From assembly GCA_002633005.1 (NCBI GenBank), contig NMRA01000661.1, positions 1-64,000 of the forward strand: a stretch of DNA of 64,000 nucleotides, in the 5' to 3' direction. The position numbers were made by a program, and so were the translations under genes. This stretch comes from Phoronis australis (lineage: Eukaryota; Animalia; Phoronida). The notes under the pieces are model-generated. The model did not search any database, was not told the DNA's origin, and was given only the letters and a program-made list of their open reading frames with translations. Below, piece by piece: positions 30,201 through 39,359 of the stretch (its first letter is position 1; each line of letters starts with the position of its first letter).

Positions 30201-31267
30201 AAGTGTCTTTAATGACATTCCCATAACTGACACTGAATAATTATAATAAAGAGACAAGGTCGGTGCCAGTGAAACATGAATCATGATGAAACAAGCAACG
30301 TTCAACTGACAGCCAACAATTGTTCGGAGCTTTTTCATAAAAGTCTTCTATTTTCTTGTGTGAATGTGCTTTTCTTTTGCTTTTATTTTCGCAAAACTAT
30401 GCAAGGCCAAAGATCGTCGACCTCTCTGTTCAACCACGTCTTCAAGGAAAGTCACTCAGCGACGTACTAAGATTTTTAAATAATGTGTAAAAAGCGCAAA
30501 AATACGTGTATTGCTACAGGTCGTGGGTCGAGGAGGTCGTGGGTCGAGGGGGCTGTGGGTTGAGGGGGTCGTGGGTCGAGGGGGCTGTGGGTTGAGGGGG
30601 TCGTGGGGTGTGGGGATCGAGGGGTTTTCAGAACAATCCTGACCACGATAAGAAATGCTCTGGGATCGATTTCATGAGTGTAAAAAGCCTAATTCGATCT
30701 TTGTTTTAGCCAGCTTTACAGGGCTAAATGTAAGTGCGCTTAAGTTTAGCTCATCGTTAGGCTGCGGTTGTGTAACTAGTGAGTTCGATTCCCTGCTGAT
30801 GCTGCTTCTTATAAAATTTTCTCGCCGAGAATGCCCGAGTTAAGACGTTTACATCGAGTAAATTTCAAGATGAGAGCAATCCTTAAGTTCTGTTCCGTTG
30901 GTGAAAATGTGTACCATGCTGCTCCAGAGGATGTGGTTGCACGTATGTAAATGAACATCGCCTCAAAAAACGCTATTGCTAGTAACAATTTATTAAAATT
31001 TGATACTAATCATAATTTTATTACAGAAATCCAAAGCCAACACAAACCCTCGCGTGTACCCACACCGGAATTTCTGATACCGTTGACGTTGCTCCATCCG
31101 ATTCCTTCGAAATGTGTGACCCAAGCAACCCGAGCTCTGCAAACCAGGCGGGTGCCGAAGTCAACTATTACGAAAACACAGCGTTTTATGAAACCTCAAA
31201 TCACCATTCTGCGGACGCCGGCATCGACAACGAACACGTTTATGATAGGATAAGTGTAGCAAAATAA
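108..31267 (+). CDS. Cubilin-like multi-CUB type-I membrane protein, 3' part (17 exons: 7 CUB + TSP1 + TM + cytoplasmic tail, ~990 aa in window); 5' end lies upstream of the window
   Basis: Exons 108-295, 2075-2246, 5067-5270, 9149-9313, 11296-11417, 12801-13028, 13336-13523, 14408-14564, 16147-16296, 16800-16988, 18518-18644, 20035-20246, 21947-22134, 24123-24285, 28338-28514, 29050-29161, 31027-31267. All are AG/GT bounded and phase-compatible except 11417/12801 (1 nt short). Repeated CUB pattern CGG..G.I.SP.YP..Y....C.W.I / C..DY..V.DG....GR.CG / F.SD....GF. Confidence 0.9.
2075..2246 (+). CDS. CUB gene exon, CUB-A second half
   Basis: ttgaag|..|gtaggt; IYDGVLDDSPRILRLCGRNRNIAPIQSSSNTMKLVFTTGGSVINKGFSASYSSDNPA. 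Confidence 0.9.
3080..3899 (-). mobile_element. 5'-truncated non-LTR retrotransposon (I/Jockey-like RT C-terminus plus 3' UTR)
   Basis: ORF 3891-3556 LLIYKMFIRPLFEY...LQTVQNWALRIALG..RYSRTDTLH resembles the RT thumb region; (TAC)n tail at ~3080-3090; 12-bp TSD TGATGTCTGCTA at 3068-3079 and 3900-3911. Confidence 0.85.
5067..5270 (+). CDS. CUB gene exon, CUB-B first half
   Basis: tttcag|..|gtaagt; CGGLITGPQSGVVQSPGYAGGTYPNNIQCTWIVAAP...DFTSFDLESSLTCRHDFIEVKE. Confidence 0.92.
5721..8341 (-). mobile_element. Decayed AcademX-like DNA transposon (XPG/FEN1-like nuclease remnant); ends uncertain
   Basis: Minus-strand HAFEGTDITGLFSRTGKATW (~6260-6200) matches the recalled HAFTGCDTTS.F.G.GK..W motif; KKFMSSQSNK near 6800; many stops; 13-bp inverted match CGTCCCAAATTAT at 5721-5733 / 8329-8341. 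Confidence 0.5.
9149..9313 (+). CDS. CUB gene exon, CUB-B second half
   Basis: ttgcag|..|gtaaat; SDGNQLVGRYCGSN...IHVRFRTDFSGTRRGFNLTYSFS. Confidence 0.9.
9920..10865. mobile_element. Non-autonomous TIR element with GGGTCGAGG-type subterminal repeats; same family as 29907-30639, opposite orientation
   Basis: 9930-10000 matches the reverse complement of 30480-30545; G-rich repeats 10760-10845 end in ..aaaatccc. Confidence 0.5.
10113..10268. mobile_element. Small MITE nested in the element above
   Basis: Imperfect ~29-bp TIRs ctggcttgcgttcagtaacgagaggacct / aggtcctagtgttactgaacgggaggctg; a related end occurs at ~29987-30026. Confidence 0.55.
11296..11417 (+). CDS. CUB gene exon, CUB-C first part
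   Basis: tcatag|..|gtagga; CGGVLSDASGIITSPNYPSAYHLNVACVWVIQAPNGHKIQ. Confidence 0.9.
12801..13028 (+). CDS. CUB gene exon, CUB-C second part (apparent 1-nt deficit near its 5' end)
   Basis: ttttag|..|gttagt; LEFNVQISKDCHLDYVTVLNGGYPSSPSIGRFCG...VEFNSDFLSAGGRFKIRYNIDNT; 228 bp where phases require 229. Confidence 0.8.
13336..13523 (+). CDS. CUB gene exon, CUB-D first half
   Basis: cttcag|..|gtaagt; CGGVLHAANGHINSPNYPHHYPHNTQCIWDIIVVSGNHVNLTFNNPFAIDAEFSTCTYDYVE. Confidence 0.92.
14408..14564 (+). CDS. CUB gene exon, CUB-D second half
   Basis: atttag|..|gtaaca; VSDYKNGEYTPIYRGCGHKLPPSQRSSDNRLRVKFRSDPWTNATGFSASWRT. Confidence 0.9.
14879..15090. repeat. Dispersed repeat, second copy at ~44865-45080
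   Basis: Shared ggtcttt..cagttgccgtgtaa..aaagc..cacgc..accgttta..ttacaga.cattatt. Confidence 0.6.
16147..16296 (+). CDS. CUB gene exon, CUB-E first part
   Basis: ttacag|..|gtattc; CGFMTTVHSGVFSSPGYPNNYDHDIRCEYVITGDPTDFVTVEFDTFRLQ. Confidence 0.9.
16800..16988 (+). CDS. CUB gene exon, CUB-E second part
   Basis: tttcag|..|gtaagc; SSDCVRDSLTLFDGTNETQPLIGRFCG...LVFFSDKSLSNTGFRATFRHT. Confidence 0.9.
17993..18241. mobile_element. PIF/Harbinger-type MITE
   Basis: Imperfect TIRs gggcatgtttcataaaa / ttttcgtgaaacagactc; CAG on both flanks (17990-17992, 18242-18244). Confidence 0.6.
18518..18644 (+). CDS. CUB gene exon, CUB-F first part
   Basis: atgcag|..|gtacgt; CGGELRASDGTIEPYVATYHGSFVCAWTIIVKSDRAVDISL; phase-2 end matches next exon. 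Confidence 0.88.
20035..20246 (+). CDS. CUB gene exon, CUB-F second part
   Basis: tcccag|..|gtaagt; VATNFENISTDCSNYIEVHDGVDQKAASLGRFC...SFSINFRSTL. Confidence 0.9.
21947..22134 (+). CDS. CUB gene exon, CUB-G first half
   Basis: ttacag|..|gtttgt; LNQGCGGVLTETSGTIGFPP...LNCTWFVNV...LTFTSFNIVCHSRYVQ. Confidence 0.9.
24123..24285 (+). CDS. CUB gene exon, CUB-G second half
   Basis: ttgtag|..|gtaagc; IRDGNSSAAPLIGRYCGTTPPAPITASSNVIAVTLISNNIISRNVFNISYTSVG. Confidence 0.9.
24613..25860 (+). mobile_element. Decayed ISL2EU/Harbinger-group transposase (THAP zinc finger + DDE_Tnp_4-like domain)
   Basis: VHCYVPCCTNN..LSFRQF..DWLVKI (THAP start, frameshifted); TFKVLVGI...GLVDLLELLDSVTADKRF...KLNIPP...KIASLRINVE, with stops. 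Confidence 0.75.
28338..28514 (+). CDS. CUB gene exon, thrombospondin type-1 repeat
   Basis: ctatag|..|gtaagt; [31 protein letters not shown]...CVGNSTEWKMCQNILC (WxxWxxW, CSxTC, RxRxC); symmetric phase 1-1 exon. Confidence 0.9.
29050..29161 (+). CDS. CUB gene exon, transmembrane helix
   Basis: tttcag|..|gtaagt; AKHTSVATTVGIVVGGIVAIIIIIVIVVALVIIYKRR (hydrophobic run followed by basic stop-transfer). Confidence 0.9.
29907..30639. mobile_element. Non-autonomous TIR element in the last intron of the CUB gene
   Basis: Imperfect TIRs ggataattctaaaacctctttgaccc / gggatcgaggggttttcagaacaatcc; tandem gtcgtgggtcgaggggg repeats 30520-30625. Confidence 0.65.
31027..31267 (+). CDS. CUB gene last coding exon, cytoplasmic tail
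   Basis: ttacag| phase 2 matches TM exon; NPKPTQTLAC...AEVNYYENTAFYETSNHHSADAGIDNEHVYDRISVAK then TAA at 31265-31267. Confidence 0.82.
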
Positions 31268-31399
31268 CGAAAAAAACATGAAAATCTATTTGGTCTCGTG
31301 ATTGTGCTACATTCAGTTCGCTGTCAGGTTTTACAGGGTTGGGTGGATGTTTTGCGTGTTTTTAGTTTTTACTTACCTTATTTGAAAAGTATTTAATTT

Positions 31400-31910
31400 A
31401 AGTCTGATGTTGGTTTGTCATGAAATTTGTTACTTGGTGAAATGAAATTTCTTCAAGTCTGTTGCTTTTTTGAAGTTTTTCACCTTGTGAAATGATTTTT
31501 TGTCAAATATCTTGCTTTGTTATACAATTTGTTACTTTGTGAAATGAAATGTCTTCAAGTCTGTTGCTTTGACATAAAAATTTTGCCCAGTGCTGCAGTG
31601 GGTCGTTTGCGCACGTAGGCGCAGCCAACCACCTTTTGGAATTTGAACGTAGCGCGTACGCACCGTAAGTTACTTTCAATGCTCAAGGTAATACGGTGGG
31701 CTTATAACGCCTACTTGCATGTTCCTGTTATTTTACCACTACAACACTGCCTTTACCTTGTGAAATAATTTTGTTTCAAATCTGGTGTTATGTCATAAAA
31801 TTTGTCGCTTGTTGAAATAAAATGTTTTCAAGTCTGTTGCTTTTTTATGAAGTTTTGTTACTTGATGAAATGAAAGTTCTCCTGGTCTTTTGCTTTATCA
31901 TCAAATTTGA
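31400..31910. repeat. Degenerate tandem repeat in the putative CUB-gene 3' UTR
   Basis: Recurrent ttgtgaaatgaaa..tcttcaagtctgttgcttt..aaatttgttac units. Confidence 0.65.
31588..31749. mobile_element. hAT-like MITE inserted into the 3' UTR repeat
   Basis: 14-bp TIRs cagtgctgcagtgg / ccactacaacactg; degenerate 8-bp flanks attttgcc / cctttacc. Confidence 0.55.
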
Positions 31911-33053
31911 TTGCAACAGGTCGTATTTCTTCTTCGAGTGGGCGGAATTAACGACACGTCATGTGAATGGTTAGAAACAAATGGCATTACTTTTGGTTGA
32001 GATCGAAAACAAAATAGCAATGTGGCTACTATTCTTCACTATTTTGATTCTGGGAGCTACATGTATAGCTCCGGCGTATCAGGGAGGGGGCTCTAGCTTT
32101 TGTTCTGAAGATAGGCCATTACAAAAGCTATCGAAGGTCCATCGAATAGTTTCCCTGACTGGAAATGCACATACATGTAAATCAGAGGAACTTTCCGATG
32201 TGCGTGCAAAATCCATGCAGAGTTGGACATTACTCGACTCGGGAAGAGCTGAAGGTCCGTCGAATGTTTTTTTTTACAAATTTGTTTGACAAAAATCAGA
32301 AAAATGTGTTCAAAATACTCATTGGATGTGATAGTACAAACCAAATAAAATTCCCTTGGGATACTCAGGAACCATAATAGTCAGCATTTTGCCATACCAA
32401 TTATTTTTGACTTCAAAATAATGCTACTACTTTGACATGGTAAATGATGCAAATCTGCTGCATTACAGTATGTATCAACAGCGGTTACGTTGTTTTCTGT
32501 ATGTAACCTTGTTTTTCATTGGCTAAAGTAAACTTCATTACCCAGATATCAACCAATAAGAGTTTGCTTACTCAAAGACCCGGAGTGACCTTCTTAGTGA
32601 CCTCAGTATGGCACGATAAACTTAATAGAGAATATTCCCGACTTGAAACATTCCCAACTTTATTAATTCGCAATTTTGAGCTTAGAAATCCCCAAAACAG
32701 GATTAGGGATATTTGTTCATTTTTATAGCATGGCTTTGCCATCAAAATTTTAATTAAAGATTTGGCCGGCTGACTATCAAATTTGCTGACGAAGTAAATG
32801 CTCTCGATGAAATAGAAGATCACCACCAAAACAAGGGCGACGACTGGTGTCGATGGGGACAGTTTAGTCGTAACTCAAGCATCTGTGTTCACTAACAGTA
32901 AAACGGTTATCCAGTCAGCTCGATTTTGGAAGGGTTCATAAGACAAACACTGGAGTATCCTGATATGTAAACTCCGTGTGTGAAAAACAAACGTCTTATA
33001 ATGTAGAAAATGTTGAACACAAGTTCAGCCTCGCACAGCGTATGGATTGAAGG

Positions 33054-34015
33054 TTAGACTTTGACGTACACGTAGGTGCCCCCACGACATCAATCGATGA
33101 AGTGAAACCTTATTCCATCCTAAAATAATCAAGGGTTCACGTGAAAATAATAGAAGGACTAAGCAGGAATGGATTGTACTTCAGCTCAGCCAAGCTTAAT
33201 AAAATACCTTCGGTAACGAGAAATTCGAAAATTCAATGTACCTATTCGTTGCAGTGGTAGACTAACCTCGGTGCGTGACAAAACTGTCGTGAAAACAACA
33301 ACACGTGCGGAAAACTAATTAGACCCTATATCCACGCACGGCAAACTACCACTCACCACGGATCACCCACCCTGCTTCCCATCACAAAGCACTGAAAACG
33401 CACCGTGCACCCTTGCCTTGAACAAACAGAGCAGATTGGAGGATTTGTTTAATATTTTGTCGCCAGTCCGCGGCGGAGAGCGAGGATGTCGATGTAGAGA
33501 ATGGGCAAATATCTGTCTAAAGCTTAAAATTGACATGCTTACGCTTTCTGGTTATGTCCATAGGGAGGAGATAACTTAGGTCCTCCAATGATTCCTTTTT
33601 GTAAGTCAGAGATACGCATTGAAGTTAATTTCATTAGCAGCTAGTATAAGTCTTAGTCGTTGTAGTCCAGAGACCACAGAACATGGGAAAGCCATTCCGC
33701 GATATATTTTTCAAGTTGTGAGTACCGCAGTCGTAGAAACTGGACGCGGTTTAAAAGTTGCCCACAGAAAGACTGACTGGTTGTGGATAAAGTTTAGGTT
33801 CCGTGGTGAAGGTACGAATCTGTTTCTTCCGCCTGAACTACTTCAAACAAACAAATTGCTATACATATAGAATCGAGGGGCACCTACTCATATTAATCCA
33901 GGAAGTGAAGTCCACATTGGTTTATTTGGAATCCTTTCTCTTCCCTGAACATTCCTCGCGAGTTTCAGAAATATGACGCCAGCGACCAGGCAAACAAAAA
34001 AACAAAAATTAAATG
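33054..34015 (-). pseudogene. M6PR-like pseudogene fragment (last two exons, intervening intron; homology continues into the 3' UTR)
   Basis: 34015-33888 VCLVAGVIFLKLARNVQGRERIPNKPMWTSLPGLI* (AGA>TGA, +1 nt at 5' end); 33119-33054 DGIRFHFID*CRGGTYVYVKV (CGA>TGA); ~32630-34015 is homologous to ~38776-40341. Confidence 0.85.
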
Positions 34016-34899
34016 CTGAAAATGTCTCTATCTAGCAATGTCTGTATCAATCAAACCATGACAGCGTGTTCTCTCTGCAATAACTCATACTAAATTACGT
34101 CACATACTGTAAATTCCAAAGTCCATTTGAATCGTATTTGACGATACAAACAATGGGACTTTTACTCACAATTAAAATTGGTCTATGATGATCTTGATAC
34201 TGTGAAACATAGCCTAGTAAAGTATACCGTTTTACTTGTGGAGTGTCTGTCTGTTAGTCACAACGTCCTTAAACAGTTTACTCCTTTCAGTATTTCTAGA
34301 AAGGTGTAACATTCTTTTAAAGATAGTGACTCCTTGAAGAGTACAACATTAGAAATAAGACTGATAGATCAATTAACCAAGTCAAGTATTGCGATTGAAA
34401 TTTCCTTAAATTGGGATGTCAATACGGTAACTCGGAAAAACATCGTGACGAAAAACAGCAACATTCCTGGCACCCTGGTTGCCCCCAATTTCACAATTTG
34501 TCTTGAACAAAATATATTCTAGACATTTATTTGGCAAGTAATACATGCATGTTACAGTATTCAGATTTAGTCTTACAAAACTTACTGTTTATGTTCAACA
34601 GTTTATAAATTTCAAGATCCAATTTTTCCCTCGGCATGTCGCAGAGATTTTCTCAATACATAATCAGGTACATTACTCCTACTTCCTGAAATATCACATC
34701 CCGCACTTCCTGCTCCAAGATACGTCGACCATTTGCTTCATCTTCATTTTCAGTAACTCCTTTACGGTTTATTTGTATTTGAGCTTTGAGATGTGAAAAA
34801 AGCTAGCTGACCGCCACTCGTCGACATGAAACTTCGACCAGATGAGTTGAACATACTCCAAATGTTCACTTTTGATTGACTATCATTACACAGATTTAT

Positions 34900-35057
34900 G
34901 AGGGCATCCCTCAAACCTTCGGAAATTCTCGAGGGCATCCCTCAAACCTTCGGAAATTCTCGAGGGCATCCCTCAAACCTTCGGACATTCTCGAGGGCAT
35001 CCCTCAAACCTTCGGACATTCTCGAGGGCATCCCTCAAACCTTCGGACATTCTCGAG
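34900..35057. repeat. 31-bp tandem repeat, 5 copies, ending at an N
   Basis: GAGGGCATCCCTCAAACCTTCGGA(A/C)ATTCTC x5. Confidence 0.95.
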
Positions 35058-35058
35058 N

Positions 35059-36045
35059 TCCTTTCTCTTCCCTGAACATTCCTCGCGAGTTTCAGAAATA
35101 TGACGCCAGCGACCAGGCAAACAAAACAACAAAAATTAAATGCTGAAAATGTCTCTATCTAGCAATGTCTGTATCAATCAAACCATGACAGCGTGTTCTC
35201 TCTGCAATAACTCATACTAAATTACGTCACATACGGTAAATTCCAAAGTCCATTTGAATCGTATTTGACGATACAAACAATGGGAGTTTTACTCACACTT
35301 AAAATTGGTCTATGATGATCATGTTACTGTGAAACGTAGCCTAGTAAAGAATACCGTTTTACTTGTGGAGTGTCTGTCTGGAGTGTTAGTAACAATGTCC
35401 TTAGACAGCCTTTACACCTTTCAGTATTTCTAAAAAGGTGTAACATTCTCTTGAAGATAGTGACTCCTTGAAGAGTACAACATTAGAAATAAGACTGATA
35501 GATCAATTAACCAAGTCAAGTATTGCGATTGAAATTTCCTTAAATTGGGGTGTCAATACGGTAACTCGGAAAAACATCGTGACGAAAAACAGCAACATTC
35601 CTGGCACCCTGGTTGCCACCAATTTCACAATTTGTCTTGAACAAAATATATTCTATGCATTTATTTGGCAAGTACATGTAATACATGCATGTTACAGTAT
35701 TCAGATTTAGTCTTACATAACTTACTGTTTATGTTCAACAGTTTATAAATTTCAAGATCCAATTTTCCCTCGGTATGTCGCAGAGATTTTCTCAATACAT
35801 AATCAGGTACATTACTCCTACTTCCTGAAATATCACATCCCTCACTTCTTGCTCCAAGATATGTCGACCATTTGCTTCCTTTTCAGTAACACCTTTACGG
35901 TTCATTTGAGCTTTGAGATGTGAAAAAAGCTGGCTGACCGCCACTCGTCGACATGAAACTTCGACCAGATGAGTTGAACATACTCCAAATGTTCACTTTT
36001 GATTGACTATCATTACACAGATTTATGAGGGCATCCCTCAAACCT
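35059..36045. repeat. Near-identical direct copy of 33932-34920 (probable uncollapsed haplotype)
   Basis: Starts immediately after the N at 35058; differs only by scattered SNPs and small indels. Confidence 0.9.
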
Positions 36046-39000
36046 CAATACGGACATTCCCGTTCTCGAGCTTCTTTTCATAGATTTCAACGCCCGACCT
36101 TCTCGTCGTTACATTCTGAATCTGTTTTCGTTGTAGATACGTGTTTTTGTAATAATTTCAGATCCTGTTTTCTCAAGTCAATTGAGTGCTGAATCTCCCA
36201 TTGTAATTACGTAATCATGCGTAAATCTCAAGCGGATGCACAGCATGCCTCAGAGGCTAATAGTGACTTCAAACCTAAGCACAACACAGCTGACGTTATG
36301 AAAGAGTTAAAGCCATCTCTGTTAATGTAAAACATTTAAATTCTAAAGCATGTCTTATCGATTAAGGCAGATGGAAACAAATCTTACAAAGTTTGATTCC
36401 ACGCTCGGAAATTAAAAGCCTAGAAACACACATTTTTAACCCTTATTGAATGGTTAGACGACATAAGGAACCCACGCAGTACCTAGCCCATAACCAATCC
36501 ACACTCCGTAGTCAAAAAAAAGTTTAAATAAACGCGCCACTCACGATTCCGACACCAAGAACACACCGCCATTTTGAACTAACCCCGAAACCGGAAATAC
36601 AATTCATTCAAGAACCCAGGCTTAAGTAAGTCGCAGCTCGCAGCTCGCACTGACAAAAGGCGAAGGCATGTCGTCCCCGGCTGTTTTATAGGAATAAATG
36701 GCTCAAATCACAAATGCCGTAAACATCCAAAGACAGTCGCCGACACTTGCATAAAATTACAGACTAGTAACAGTCCTCTGCCAACGATTGAATAACAAGG
36801 CCAACTATGGCGGGCTGGGCTAAGCGAGTTTTACTGGGTTTAATTAACTCTGGTAAACAAACAATATGAACAGAACAACGAACATGCAACATCAAATTAT
36901 TGAATTAATTGCTATACACTTAGAATATCCTGAAAATTAAACTTGCGAAAATATTGAAAATAAATTTAGATGGAAATTAAGAGACCGACGGTGGTCTCTC
37001 GCGACGACCGGACGGCTGATTGCCAACAGAGAACCATTTGATGGCGAAATAACTTCAGGATGATAACTTGACATAGTGCCAAAGGGTATAATATAAGTAT
37101 TGATGAGTTGGAAGTAAAAGGAATAATTCCCACTTAGCCAGAAACATTCGTAAATTAAGCTACTACCCGGAGGAGCTAATCCACCTGGCCGGTCGTGCAC
37201 GGACATCTGTGCTCCGTGGGGCAAGATGAAAAAATTAATTAGCTACCTGGGCCGTGAAAGAGTGAAATTCCTGCGGCAAAAAGATTCGAAAATACTGCGT
37301 CATGCTCCTAACACTGCAATAATATTCCCATTGCGGACATTCAGCTCATTGACTAAAATTTACTACACTCCCCCCTCCCCGGTTTGCGCCGCGGAATTTT
37401 TGTGGACAACAGAGGTATATAATGTAAGTTTGTTTTTGTGAGGTTTGGAAATATATTTTACCTGATAACTGAAAATTAAACCCAATTTAGCAAGTGTTTA
37501 TTTTTCCGGCAGAGTCACGGCGACTGCAGGGCGGGAATTACTTCGCCGGTTACTGTGTCCTTGCAGGAAAATCAAGCACAGATGTGGAGCTCAGTTTTGA
37601 GATAAAAATTGTTTTTTTTTTGTCAAAAAATCACCGTATTTGCATGTTTTTTCTATGTTACATTTTTAAACGGCCAGCAAAGCTGGTGCCGATTTTCTTC
37701 CAATTACGCACTGCGCTCACACGTACGTGTAGTCACCGTGACACGCCAATTGCTCACTTCAGGCTGATACTTCGCAGCAATTTCAAGATATGACGATCAA
37801 GGATAATACAGTTGTTGATCAAGAAACTTTTTCCATCTAATTTATCACCTAAACGGGTACTGTTGCTAAGTTGACGTAGCCCCGCGGTGAGTCAGGGCTG
37901 ACCCTCAATAGCAGAGCGTTGGCTACGCGGAAGACTTTGCGAAGGTACTTCAAATTCATGATTATGCATCAAATACCGTTCGTCATATGCAAAGAACAGG
38001 TAAAATTAGGAAAATAAATAACCAAGTTTGTATAAAAAGAACCAAAATGGAAATCAAAAACAACCAAACAAAGTAACAACCTACGCTTGAGGTGATGTCA
38101 ATACGTTTTCAAGGACAACATGGCTGTCAGTCAGGAATCGTTCCTGAACTGACACAGAGGAACTCAGGTCACGGAAATAGACGAGAATAGTCGATGGTTT
38201 TCCGATCTCGGCCGAGGTACAAAATTGTGCTAAAAAGGCTTTTAGTTTGATAATAGAAAGGATGTGAACATTATGCCATATTACGTATTACTTAATTTGG
38301 TATATATTTTTATTTTTTGAACTAGAATGGCCTTTGAGATAACTACTTTAAGGATGATCCCGCAATCTTTTGCAGAAGGTTCCTGAATTTGGAAACAAAG
38401 TTCCCGCTTGATTGGACCTTCATTGCATTCAAAGTTTTTCTGGGAAATAGATCAGGCCTTGAAACTGGCAAAGTTGTCGTTGCCAATCTCTCTAACCTTG
38501 ACAGACGAGTCACGCTTGTAAAAGCAAAAATGCTCACCCCCCGGCAAAATGCTGATGCGAATATTAAATAAACGATGAGGCTGGGAAAATTGCTGTTCTT
38601 TGAGCCAAACAAAGTTTGAAAAAACTCCGAAGGGTACAAGAGCGTGTTCTTGAAATCGTCAAAATACCACGAAGAGCGGTTAATCGAATTAAACAGGAGG
38701 GAGCTGCTGAAGGAGAGGTCTAGAGAAAAAAGTTTTACTTTATGTTGTTTAGTCTATCTGAGGTTAAATTTAAACGAGAATATTCTCGACTTGAAACGTT
38801 CGCAACTTTTGAAATTCCGCAATTTTAAGCTTGACAACTTCCAAAACAATTATTATGGATATTTTCGGGTAATTGTAATATGTAGTTTACTTCTAACATG
38901 ACTTTGTAATTAAAATTTTATTTTGTTTTGGACAGCTCACTATTAATGTTAAATTAGCTCACGAAGTAACTGCTCTTCCGATAAAATAGATGATCACCAC

Positions 39001-39299
39001 CACAAAAAGGGCGTCAGTTGGTGTCGACGGCGACAATTTATGCCGTAACTCAAGCATCGGTGTTCGCTAACCGTAAAACGGTGAACGAGAGAACTCTATT
39101 TTAGAAGGATTCATAGACAAACGCTAGAGTATCCTGACGCATAACCCATGTTTTTGTTAATGAACATGAAAGAAGTGACATCTCAGTTGTAGATTACGCC
39201 ATAGTGAGTCTTTAGGATATGCAGCTGAAGTGAAGAGCAAAAAGGTCTTGCAATGTAGGAAAATGTTGAACGCAAGTTCAGCCGCATATGGATGGACGG

Positions 39300-39359
39300 T
39301 TAGACTTTGGCGTAGGTGCCCCCACGACATCGATCGATGAAGAGAAACCTAATTCCATC
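39300..39359 (-). CDS. M6PR-like gene exon 7 (C-terminus)
   Basis: tttcag|DGIRFLFIDRCRGGTYAKV*. Confidence 0.9.
   Translation of the reverse strand, partial: DGIRFLFIDRCRGGTYAKV

Noticed and set aside
30951-31253. 100-aa ORF as the receptor tail
   Set aside because: Wrong frame; the phase-2 splice from the TM exon selects the frame ending at 31267.
34600-34895. Minus-strand stretch reading LEQEVRDVIFQEVG, considered as upstream exons of the M6PR-like pseudogene
   Set aside because: No similarity to exons 1-5 of the intact gene; unidentified, perhaps a transposon remnant.
34900-35057. 31-bp repeat as a CRISPR array or repeat-protein ORF
   Set aside because: Units are head-to-tail with no spacers, the context is eukaryotic with no cas genes, and 31 is not a multiple of 3.
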